Positions 51,134-62,258 of a stretch of DNA of 64,000 bases are shown piece after piece. The notes below the pieces were generated by a model that was not told where the DNA came from, made no database searches, and saw only the letters and a list, made by a program, of their open reading frames with translations. The DNA is from Azolla caroliniana (lineage: Eukaryota > Plantae > Polypodiophyta), in NCBI GenBank assembly GCA_043228905.1, contig JBHGNT010000012.1, positions 14,260,001 to 14,324,000 on the forward strand, in the 5' to 3' direction. Position 1 is the stretch's first letter; the number at the start of each line of letters is the position of its first letter. The translations under genes and the position numbers were made by a program.

Positions 51134-51966
51134 TGAAGCATAAGGTACACCTTGCATGTCATTGATTGCTTCTTGTGTCTTAGGACAATCTTTCTTAGAG
51201 ATTTTATCATATGGCTGTAATGGCACTGCAAGAGGCTTTGCATCAGACATAAATACAGTGTGTGTGGTGCTCTCTTTGTCTCTTAATTCTTACTCCAAGT
51301 ACATGTTCAGCTCCCCCAAGGTCTTTCATTGAAAATGCAGATGAAGCATAAGGTACACCTTGCATGTCATTGATTGCTTCTTGTGTCTTAGGACAATCTT
51401 TCTTAGAGATTTTATCATATGGCTGTAATGGCACTGCAAGAGGCTTTGCATCAGACATAAATACAGTGTGTGTGGTGCTCTCTTTGTCTCTTAATTCTTA
51501 CTCCAAGTACATGTTCAGCTCCCCCAAGGTCTTTCATTGAAAATGCAGATGAAGCATAAGGTACACCTTGCATGTCATTGATTGCTTCTTGTGTCTTAGG
51601 ACAATCTTTCTTAGAGATTTTATCATATGGCTGTAATGGCACTGCAAGAGGCTTTGCATCAGACATAAATACAGTGTGTGTGGTGCTCTCTTTGTCTCTT
51701 AATTCTTACTCCAAGTACATGTTCAGCTCCCCCAAGGTCTTTCATTGAAAATGCAGATGAAGCATAAGGTACACCTTGCATGTCATTGATTGCTTCTTGT
51801 GTCTTAGGACAATCTTTCTTAGAGATTTTATCATATGGCTGTAATGGCACTGCAAGAGGCTTTGCATCAGACATAAATACAGTGTGTGTGGTGCTCTCTT
51901 TGTCTCTTAATTCTTACTCCAAGTACATGTTCAGCTCCCCCAAGGTCTTTCATTGAAAATGCAGAT
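51134..51966. repeat. 4 x 208-bp tandem array inside Copia C RT
   Basis: Identical 71-aa ORFs at 208-bp spacing (51243, 51451, 51659). Confidence 0.95.
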
Positions 51967-54900
51967 TTCAGCTGATTTTTAAGGACATCAACAGTGCTCC
52001 TTTTCTTGGCAGCAATGAACATATCATCTACATATAGTACAAGATCGATTGGGCTGCCATTTTCATCTCTTTTAGTGTATAAATAGTGATCAGCATGGCT
52101 TCGTTTGTACCCACGGTTGAGCACAAAAGCATCAAACTTTTTGTACCATCGTCTAGAAGCTTGTTTCAGCCCATACAAGCTTCTATTGAGCTTACATACC
52201 AAATGTTCCTTTCCAGGAATAACAAAGCCCTTGGGCTGTTACATGTAAAGCTCTTCATCAATGTCACCATGCAAAAAAGATGTATGTACATCCATTTGGT
52301 CGAATCCCAAATCACGTGCAGCCACTATAGCAAATAGCACTCGCAAAATGGTCATTTTTACCACAGGAGAAAACACTTTCCTGGAAATCCATGCCTTTAG
52401 TTTGAGCATATCCTTTTGCAACCAGCCTTGCTTTATACTTGGGTTTGTTATCAGCAGTCTTGATTTTATATACCCGTTGTTACAAATAGCTTTCTTTCCT
52501 TTCGGCAGTTTAACCAAGTCCCAAGTATTATTTGAATGCAAAGCCTTAATCTCTTCTTGCATAGTAAGCTCCCACTTATTGCTGTGCTCACATGCCTTTG
52601 CCTCTTTATATGTAAGAGGTTCTCCCTCATCAGTCAACATTATGTAGTGCAACAAGGGGTCAAATCTATTCTCATTTCGTCTAATACGAGTAGAACATCT
52701 CACCCAATGATCCATATTGTTAGGCAATGGATTAGCATCAGGTGGCATGTCTAAATCATCATTGTTACGCTGCTGTCCATTATTTTCAGCACCATTTTGA
52801 GCATTATTATTTGGCTGCAATTCCTCTCAGCATCCTCATCTTGCTGTCCAACATCTTCTGGCTCCAAAACCACGGGATGATTAATATTTTCAGTCCTTTG
52901 TGGTGGACCCTGATGGTCAAAACTGGGTCTAAAAGGTGGCTGGTCATGCTGAAATCTAACCCTTTTATGGTCATCTTTTGAGGCACAATTGTTTCGAAGC
53001 AGCCTTGCCTCATTGAAAACATCTCGGCTGCGTATAACCTTCTTGAGCTGGGGTATCCAAATCCTGTAACCCATTTCGCCTTCTTCATCATATCCCATGA
53101 AGAGGCCCTTAATGGACTTGGCATCAAGTTTGTTTCTCAGCTCAGGCCTTATATGTACAAAAGCCTCGCAGCCAAAGACACGTAAGTCATCATATGCAGC
53201 AGGTTTGCCAGACCAAACCTCTTTAGGGATGTCACCTTTTAAAGACCTGTAAGGGGATCTATTGCATACATGTACTGCAGTTTTGAGTGCCTCTCCCCAA
53301 AATCCATGATGGAGATTAGTGGTGGACAGCATGCATCTCACCCTCTCAAAAAGTGTCTTGTTATATCATTCAGCCACACCATTAGAAGAGGGGCTGTATG
53401 GAACAGTAAGCTCCCTCTTAATACCCAAAATTTCACAAAATTTCTTGAATTCAGCACTTGTATACTCACCACCATTGTCCGTACACAAACATTTCAGTTT
53501 TTTGCCTGTTTGGGTGGTCACAAATGCATGAAAACACTTAAACGCAGCTAAGGCTTCATCTTTCGATTTAAATTGAACCCAAATTTTTCTAGAGAAATCA
53601 TCAACAAATGAAATAAAATACATTGCACCCCCCATAGATTTGGTGGGCATGCTACACACATCAGAATGAACAAGATCAAGTACACAAGACTTACGAGACA
53701 CACCGGAGTAAAAGGAACGCTTCACTTGCTTTCCATATTAGCATTCATTACAAAAGTCAAGCTTTGTGTCTTCAGCATCAAGCTTCTTTAGATTACAAAG
53801 CCTAATGAGACCCTTTTGGCTCATTTGGTCGAGTCTCTTATGCCACAAATCCATATGGGAGTGAACTTCAACCAAAGCAATAAATTTGCTTGATATAGCA
53901 TTTCCATGTAAGCAATAAAGAGTTCCCTTCTTTGTGCCTTTCACAATCAGCCTTGAACTTTTGTCATTTTTCATGATCCTCTCTCAAAGAGAATGCTATA
54001 ATCATGCATATCCATTTGACCCACAGAAAACAAGCTCTTCTTGATCCCTGGTACATAACGCACATTATGCAAAACCAGCTCATTAGTGCCATTTGTAGAA
54101 AATTGCACAATGCCAATACCCTCAATGGAACATGAATGATTGTTTCCAAGGTATGCATGGCCATGGCTGCCTACAGTAAAAGTAGAAAAACACTCCTTGA
54201 TAGGAGTCGCATGAAATGAATCACCAAAGTCAACTATCCATGTTTGGGCCAATCCATCATTGACAATCACCAAAGCATCAATAAGATCATTCTTAGTGAT
54301 GCACGTCTTGTGAATGAATATTTAGAGAAACATTATATGCATAAGTATCATCAGCTGAAAAAGTAGCACATAAAATGTCCTCAACATCTGACAACTCCTC
54401 TATGACTACATTAGATGCCAAGTTGGCCTTCTCTTCGTCCTTTTTGCTGTCATGTGCATTAGTCTTGTCCTTTTTCTTATCTCTAGAATTCTTTTTTCTT
54501 TCAAGCTCTGCTTTGTAATAGCGGGAATCAGGTTTCTTGTGGCCTTTCTTGCCACACTGATAGCATGTTACATCATTGCTTTGAACTTTGCTGCTAGTTC
54601 CCCTTTCCTTACTTTTACTTTTGATCCTGTGTGCACAGTTACTTATCTGTCCTACCTCTAACCATTTTGGCTGAGCTGGCACCTTCTCCACTTGCTTTTC
54701 TCCTGATCTCTTCATTGAGTATGGAGCCCCTAACACCATCAAAGGTCAATTTGGGACTGTTAGACAATGATACTACCAATGTCTCCCTTTAGTCAGGTAG
54801 TGTCATTAGCAGGAAAATGGCTTTGAGCTTGTCATCAAAAGGAGCCATTCCTGTGTCTTGCAACTGCGATAAGGTACTTGTAAACAAGGACAAGTGTTCA

Positions 54901-55462
54901 GCTGCACTCTTGGACTCATCCAGTTGCATGCCAACAAGCTTTCGCATTAAATGTACTTGATTAACAGGCGTACTGTTTTCATATATAGCCTTCAGCTTTG
55001 CCCATATTTCAGAAGCAAATACCAAACCTTTGAGATCTACCAAAATCTCATCAGGAACAACCATCTTAATGTATATGACAACCTTTTTGTTTAAAATTTG
55101 CCATGCATCTTCTGACATGTTCTCTGGTTTTTCTGCCTCCAATGCCTTGTCACAATCTTTCAAAAAAAGAATTCCTTGCATCTTTTCCTTCCGCAAGTCA
55201 AAACCTATTCCCTCAAATCGTCGAATCTCGAAAAGATTCTTCATATCTGAGGAGGATGATGCCATAGCTACACAATAAAGAGGTCTGAACACCTGTTCTT
55301 TGCTGTACAACACTTGCGCAGAAGTTCAGAAACCTAAATCTGCTCTGATACCTGTTGTAAGGGTTAGGAATGATATCAATAGGGCTGAGGAATACTCAGG
55401 ATTCACTCTAGTATAGGCTCTTTAGATGCAACAATGGAGATATGGTAGAAAAGATAGAGAAA

Positions 55463-57667
55463 GAAAGAAAGAAAGATATATTAACGTCTTTTAAGAGGCC
55501 AAAATGGCCTATAAGACCAAATAAGAGATTACATCTTGAGTGTTATCTCGTCTTTGAGAACAAATCAAAATAAAATAAATATCACACAGTAAATATAAAA
55601 GTAAATAAGATGAAAAGAGAAGAAACGAGGGAATTTGGTTTTTGGCACATGTGAGATTCACAAGTTAAGTATATTGTAGCTTTTGTCTTTCGAAAGATCT
55701 CTAGCATAGGTCGATCCAGAATGGAAATGTCTCCGAAGCGAGGGAAGCACCTATGATGGCAGGAGATGATGGCTTTTATCTGTCGATGACAAGGGTGTCA
55801 AGGTCGTGGTCCATGGGGCCGGGGCCTACGTGCACGGTAAATTGCTATTGCCCAATCGATTGTAACCCCTTTGTTATGTCCTGGTCTGGAGCCCATTTGT
55901 GTATCCTGTGATGGACTTGTAGGATTAGTAGGAGTGATGGGGCTAAAGAAAGTTGTGATTGTTCTTTGTGGATGAGCTTGTGTGGCTGTATTCTTCAACA
56001 ACTTTTCCCGATGTCTCTTGAGCTCTAGCAAGAAAAGTCCTAGGCATTGTTGGTCCTGATATTCCATTACCTTGTGTAGTGGGCCAAAGCCTTGTTTAAA
56101 GAGGCAATGGTATCTCCCTCTGATTTCATAAAAGACACTACAATGACAAACATAGTGTTCCTCAGATTTCACTCCTTGATGACACAATTGGCAAATTCTC
56201 TCTTCTAGAGGTAGTCGTGTATATTTGCCTACCTCAATCTGTAGCTGATGTGATGAAGTTCTTAGCTGCCCTATCACACTACGCAACGCATAGGATAGAT
56301 GTATGTCCATATAAGGTAGCATGATGACAAATCCATCCTCCGATGTATGTAAGAAGTGCATCTTATAGTGGGCCATCTTTGTACCAAGTGGTATTTTGGG
56401 GCTGATCCATGTTATCTTGTTTTCCAAGTTAATAATATCAGTTCGGATCACTCTATTCTTTTCCACTTTGGTCATATTTAGGTGGGGACAGTCCAGGCTA
56501 TATCGGAACGGTAGTAGTGCATTTTTACTCATGCCATGCGACTCGAACCATTGCTGCATTTCAGCATACCAACAATGAGTGTCTCCATTTTCAGCCAGTT
56601 GTCTTGATGACATAAGTGTCAACCTTGGGTACCTTTGTTTAGGGAGCTCCCAAAGACGTTGGATAAATGTCACTGATCGGAACAATGCCTCGGTTATTAT
56701 AGGTGCTGCTCCCATCTCTGCCCGGATTATATCGTGGGGCTCCGATGCTTTGCTCCTTATCATGCAAGCAATCATTGACACTAAAGGTCTCTCTAAATCT
56801 TTCCGATGATTTGCCTTGTTAAGACTTGGTTCCCATGTTTCTACTCCATAGAGAAGAGTTGGTGTGACAAGTGTATCAAATAACCATAGCTTAGTCCGTG
56901 GTTCTTGGAACTGCAGATGTGCACATTGTCTCTCGAGAGCACCAAGGGCTGCATATCCACGAGAAAGTCGGGCACAAGCAGCCTCTTGTAAGGAGAACCT
57001 AGATCTTGTAAATGTTACTCCTTGGTATGTGTAGGAGCGTGTGTATTCCACCTTTTCCTCTCCCAAGAAGAATTCTGGTTCTGATCTTGTTACCCATGCT
57101 TGAGTGGTGTTAAACACCATCACTTTAGTTTTGTTCATGTTGATTGACAAACCTTTGTCCGTACAAAATAGTTTTAAGGCATGTAGATGTCTCTGTAGTT
57201 CCTCCGGAGAGTCAGAAATGAGCACAATGTCATCAGCATATAGTAATATTTGTATAGCTATACCTGCTAGGCGTGCTCCGGAACCCCCGAATCTCCCTAT
57301 GTAATGCGATACCTCATCTATATAGAGACCGAAGAGAGTGGGGGATAGTGGGCATCCTTGCTTCACTCCAATTTTGCTAGCCACCGCCTCTGACAAGCCC
57401 TTGGGCACTTTTGTTGACATTGATTCATAGAGTGCATAGACTCCCCATTGCATATATGTAGGAACACCAAGGGCTTCTAGCTGCTGCATAAGCCGAGCAC
57501 ATGGCACAATGTCAAAGGCTTTTCGGAAATCGACAAAGCAGCAATAAATCCTCTTATTGTGGGCTCTGTCCTCCTCAATAAGGGCCCGGAGGGTGAATAT
57601 GTGATCCAAGGTTGTGAATCCCTTCCGAAAGCCTGCATGTCCAACTGAACGGCAGCCATTCTGCTCA
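55463..57667 (-). mobile_element. 5'-truncated RTEX-like LINE with (TTTC)n tail inserted in Copia C 5' LTR
   Basis: Uninterrupted RT: GFRKG, FVDFRKAFD, GVKQGCPLSP, LLYADD, LLYGVETW, RTSSHQLQIEVG, CQLC..EEH..CHC. Confidence 0.92.
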
Positions 57668-57717
57668 GCTTTGAAGTGAGATCCAAAAGTTTTTAACTTA
57701 TGTTTTATATGACCCAT
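55798..57717 (-). CDS. LINE RT ORF (639 aa) with ATG and first ~17 codons supplied by Copia LTR
   Basis: ORF track; 57668-57717 is LTR sequence (matches 50188-50236). Confidence 0.75.
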   Translation of the reverse strand: MGHIKHKLKTFGSHFKAEQNGCRSVGHAGFRKGFTTLDHIFTLRALIEEDRAHNKRIYCCFVDFRKAFDIVPCARLMQQLEALGVPTYMQWGVYALYESMSTKVPKGLSEAVASKIGVKQGCPLSPTLFGLYIDEVSHYIGRFGGSGARLAGIAIQILLYADDIVLISDSPEELQRHLHALKLFCTDKGLSINMNKTKVMVFNTTQAWVTRSEPEFFLGEEKVEYTRSYTYQGVTFTRSRFSLQEAACARLSRGYAALGALERQCAHLQFQEPRTKLWLFDTLVTPTLLYGVETWEPSLNKANHRKDLERPLVSMIACMIRSKASEPHDIIRAEMGAAPIITEALFRSVTFIQRLWELPKQRYPRLTLMSSRQLAENGDTHCWYAEMQQWFESHGMSKNALLPFRYSLDCPHLNMTKVEKNRVIRTDIINLENKITWISPKIPLGTKMAHYKMHFLHTSEDGFVIMLPYMDIHLSYALRSVIGQLRTSSHQLQIEVGKYTRLPLEERICQLCHQGVKSEEHYVCHCSVFYEIRGRYHCLFKQGFGPLHKVMEYQDQQCLGLFLLELKRHREKLLKNTATQAHPQRTITTFFSPITPTNPTSPSQDTQMGSRPGHNKGVTIDWAIAIYRARRPRPHGPRP

Positions 57718-60407
57718 TTAGGATTGGCCAAGTTCACACTGAACTTGGCCCAAAAAATAACGAAAAATTGATTAGTGACTCTTGGCCTTTATAAATAGAC
57801 CTATACACATTTACACACTATAAGGGGTCATTTAGGGCCTTTACCCCAACATAGCTTTGAGACTCTATTTATTATCAACTAACCACACTGGTCATCCTCC
57901 ATTGTTTGAACTAGACACAATTGGTTCTAACCACCAACATTGCTTAATTTCACCATGAGAGAAGTTTTATATAAATTTAGGTTTCGGTACTCATTATGAC
58001 TGCCCTTGAACAAAAAATTTGACACCTTATTGGGCGCAAAGATTGGTCGCCCTTTTGGTATTTCAATTGTTGATAGATCTGGCCTCCTTAATACAATAAA
58101 GATTAGAGTTCAAGCCCTAGAAACACTGTGGCCATTTCAAGCCTATTTCAATTCCAAAACCCATATATAGAGCTTCCAAAGTATTCTCCATTGAGCATAC
58201 TAACAAATCAAAGAGTAAATCAGTTACGATTTCTGCAGATTTTTACTTTCTAACCTGATTCTTTTCTCGTGTCAAAACCAAATTTCGATTTTTCATCAAC
58301 AATGAGTTTTGTTTGAATAAAGCAAGACTTTACCATTTTGCCAAGTGTCACCTCTTCGAATATCTCAGCCCTGTCATTTATCCTCGCATGTACAACTTTT
58401 AAGTAAATGGATAAGGGCAACTTCACAATTGGATGCCATGCAGTCTATGGATCTCTGGCCCTGAACCATTTCACACTGGCCATGCAACACTGTCTTGCCT
58501 GATCTCAAGAGTTTCCACGACCAACTAGAAAGGAAAATAATTATTACTAAGAAATAGTGACATAAAAGAGGATAAAAAGAACACCTCCTAGGGACAGGCA
58601 TCTCTTCTCAATGGTCTCTAGTTTATTTTCTCTACAATTGTATCTCTCTACTACCATCTTAGTCCCATTTTGGCCACCATGCATGCATTTTAGTAGAGAT
58701 TTGAGAACATGAATACAATAGTGATGATAAAAGTGTCATTGATGGGATGCCCCAGAGCTCCTTTGGCTTAGATGATCAGAGTTGCTGTATTATAATAGTT
58801 GAACTATGAAGATCCCCCCTAACTTATGCTTTGGTATCAATCCTCTCTTTCTCCTCATGTTGCGTCTGGATGGTCATATGATAGATAATATGATAAACCA
58901 GTCTATTCCAAATGATAATGAACATTAGGAATTGCATCAATCAACTACTTCCATTTTTAACATTTAAGAACTGTAAAAGCGAAGCTGCAATAAATCATTC
59001 TGACTCTTCCTCCTGTTGAAGCTTCTTGACATAGGATTTGAGAGAGATGTTGCCACCAAAATCTTTAAGCATCAAAAGTTTAATATTCACTTGACTTCCC
59101 TTCCTGGAGCATGAAAATCTTTTATAGTAGTGGAGAGATCTGAACTTGGCGCTATTGTAGATGCAGGGAGGCTGCAGATTATCTAATTCTCAATTTTCAG
59201 AAGAGGCTGGAATTGTAGAAGATGATAGAACTCTCTTAGAAGTACCCTCAACTTCAGGTTCCTCTTTGATTTCTTGTCTTGTATACATTTGAATATTCCA
59301 TTTGCAACCTCTTCTCGAACTTTTGAAATGGAGACATAGTTTCCCTGAACTCACATGCAAAATATTTGCGAGAGAAATGAAAGGCCTTGATCTTTCCACG
59401 TAAGTAGCAAAATCCATGTTGAACTTAGTCTCCTGTTCACCGTGACGAATAAGAGACGAGAAAAGGATAGTTGTGAACTTTAAAGTTAGAATGAGGAAAA
59501 AGAAAGATCATGAAGAAAAAAGAGAAGGAGAAGGAAAAGAAATAGAAAGCACAAAGAGGATTGTCATGTTAAGATTGTAAGCATTCAATGTAGTAGTAAT
59601 ATTCAAAAATTTGGAAACAAAGGTTCAGGGTTATTTAGATTATTGTAACTAAAACTTTTTGATGCTTGAAACATGTTAATAGGCTGTGAAGGTATCCATC
59701 CAGCTTTGATACTTCAAATTGAGAATACTTTATGGTCACCATTAGTAATGCATTTTGGGTGATGTAGCCCATGTGGTCATGAGGTAATCATTGTTGTCAA
59801 GTAAGTTGAGTTAGATGCATACAAATTAAAGGAAGATTGTCAAAAGAGATCAACTATGGTTTAGCAATTTGTATTATAACTTTTATAATCAATTCAAAAC
59901 TCCAAGATGTAAGGCTACAGAGATATAATGAACGTAATGCAATTTGAAGAAGGGAATCAAGTTCTGTATCCTATATTCAACAGATAACAGAAATTGATCA
60001 GAAATAAATAGGCCAGTCAGGAAAATTATTGGGCAGACCTTTCAGGATCATGATTACCTTTACATATGAACCAAGCTTGAACGAATAAACAACCTTAGTC
60101 AAAGATGTTCCATGGTATAACCTAAAAGAACCAATGGTTTAAACTTTTGCTGAAGAATTTCTCAGAAAGCCAGTAGTTGGTTTGTGTAACCCCATAGATA
60201 TATGATATTCAGCTTCAACAAATTATACTTTTGTATGCATGTACTGCAGCATTTCCTTCGTAACAAAAATATGCTCATCAATATAAGTCTCTGCCAAATC
60301 TTGTCAATGAATGATGTTGGCTCAGAGTATTATTGTAACATTACTACTATTAATTAATTGGAAACATTCTTCTTAAAGAAAACTGACTTTGTGTATGAAC
60401 ATCCCAG

Positions 60408-61346
60408 TTGAATGTTGTTGCAGAGAATCTAGGCAGAAATCCATGTCTTCGAGTATTGTTCCTTTTTGATGCTCTTCGGTCCACAAGAAAGATGCGGTCT
60501 GAGTCCAGCCACTCAACAACACCGAGTTTTAAGTCTAGTTCCGATATGCTAACAAACATGCTCCTTGCAGAGTCCGCTAAATGGAAGCAACCTAGAAAAA
60601 TCTTAGATCAAGAAGAGCGAGTGAGAATTGCCTTGTATCGAACACCTGATCTAACAAAAAGTCTTGAAAAGATCCTGCCTTCTCGTTTAAATGAAGTCAT
60701 CGGTGTGAGTCACATGAAAATATATGTGTTTGATGATAATGTCCTTATGAGTGGTGCGAATCTTAGCTCATCATATTTCACAAACCGTCAGGATCGCTAT
60801 ATCTTGCTACGAGATAGTCAAAACTTGGCCAATTACTTTTGTGAGTTAATCGAAAAGGTGGCTTCCTTTTCCTACCTGCTTGACAAAGAGGGACGGTTAC
60901 GAAAAAACTCTGTAAACATTGATCCTAGAACGAACCCAACTCATTTTCGCCATGAGATGTTTAGAGCAATGCAAAGTATGCTGGGTGATAATGTTAATAT
61001 TTGCTCCAGAGTTGCAAATACAACAGGATTAGTTGATCATAAAGGGGGATTAGTGGATCATCCAGGGCGATTATTGGACAATCAAGGGAGATTAGTGGAT
61101 CATAATGGTGGAATCCGACTCCATGTTCGGAATGCATATGATACATGGGTATTCCCAACAGTACAGATGGGTTCATTGGGCATATTCCAAGATGAAACTT
61201 GCTTTTTGTGGCTGTTGGCAAATTTGCCATTGGGTTCCTGTGTGCATTTTGCATCAGCGTATTTCAATCTTACAAAGGAATTCCAAACTGCCTTATTGCG
61301 GTCTTCAACTGATAAAGTTTTCCGAATTCTTACTGCAGCACCTCAG
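60408..61346 (+). CDS. PGS1: PGS1 exon 2
   Basis: CCCAG acceptor; FDALRSTR, RLNEVIGVSHMKIYVFDDNVLMSGANLSSSYFTNRQDRY (HKD1), ASAYFNL, ILTAAPQ then GTAGTT donor. Confidence 0.93.
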
Positions 61347-61772
61347 GTAGTTCATCTGTATGTCTTTTATAGGGAATGGAGATACGATTCTTGTCTCTCT
61401 AACATTGAAAACATTCATATATGCTTGATAACATTGAAACATTCATATATGCTTTATTATTTTGTTCTATTTATGCTTTCGGTCAAAGCAATTCAACTGT
61501 TTCATGTGATTAAAAAAAGAGATTATTGTCTTCAAAAATATGGTCATGCTTTTCTTGGATATCAGGAAGTATATGTGATATTTATTAAAGTTATTCATAC
61601 ATATCCTAGGTTGAAAAGGGATTTAGGGAAATTACTTTTTTCGATCGATAGGAATAATTTAGACAAACATCAAAGAAATACTATATCATTTTTCATAGAT
61701 TTTCCCGTTTGTTTATGATGATAATTTACAGCTCACTTACTGTCTGACAGAAAGTATGTCAAATCTGTACAG

Positions 61773-62258
61773 GCCAATGGTTTCTATGGATCTAGGGGAG
61801 TATCTGGGTTAATTCCCAAAGCATACTCTATGCTCGAGAAGGACTTTTACGAGCAGATGTGCAAACGAGGCTCTGATCTGAAATTATCACATGCATATAA
61901 CAGTGATGATGTAGGAGTTGTTGCAAAGCAAAGGTTTGGAATTCAGCTATATGAGTACCAAAGGCATGGATGGACTTTTCATGCCAAAGGACTCTGGTGT
62001 AATATCCGAAATGAAACATTGCCATCTATGACATTGATTGGGAGCTCGAATTTTGGATATCGATCAAGACAAAGGGATTTAGAAGCGCAGCTCTTCTTGA
62101 CAACCTTAGACCCAATGTTGAGAAGGAAATTAAAAGAAGAAACCGATCTTTTATTTCTACATGGTCAGCGTGTTCGTCGCACACACTTTCTTGATCAAGA
62201 TCGGTGTGGAGGACCAATGTCTCTATTTGCGGCACAACTAGTCAGGAGCTGGCTATGA
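61773..62258 (+). CDS. PGS1: PGS1 exon 3
   Basis: GTACAG acceptor; ANGFYGSRGVSGLIPKAYS, WTFHAKGLW (HKD2), IGSSNFGYRSRQRDLEAQ, stop TGA. Confidence 0.93.
   Translation, partial: ANGFYGSRGVSGLIPKAYSMLEKDFYEQMCKRGSDLKLSHAYNSDDVGVVAKQRFGIQLYEYQRHGWTFHAKGLWCNIRNETLPSMTLIGSSNFGYRSRQRDLEAQLFLTTLDPMLRRKLKEETDLLFLHGQRVRRTHFLDQDRCGGPMSLFAAQLVRSWL

Larger units (their letters stand above)
50058..57851 (-). mobile_element. Ty1/copia element C in PGS1 intron 1
   Basis: 3' LTR 50058-50322, 5' LTR 55356-57851 (split by LINE), TSD GAGCT/TAGCT, PBS (A)GGTATCAGAGC at 55342-55353, PPT TAAGTGGGAGGC; gag, PR, INT, RT and RH relics 50340-55313. Confidence 0.93.

Noticed and set aside
61347-61718. C-terminal 124 aa of ORF 60408-61718
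   Set aside because: Read-through into AT-rich intron 2; PGS1 homology resumes at 61773.
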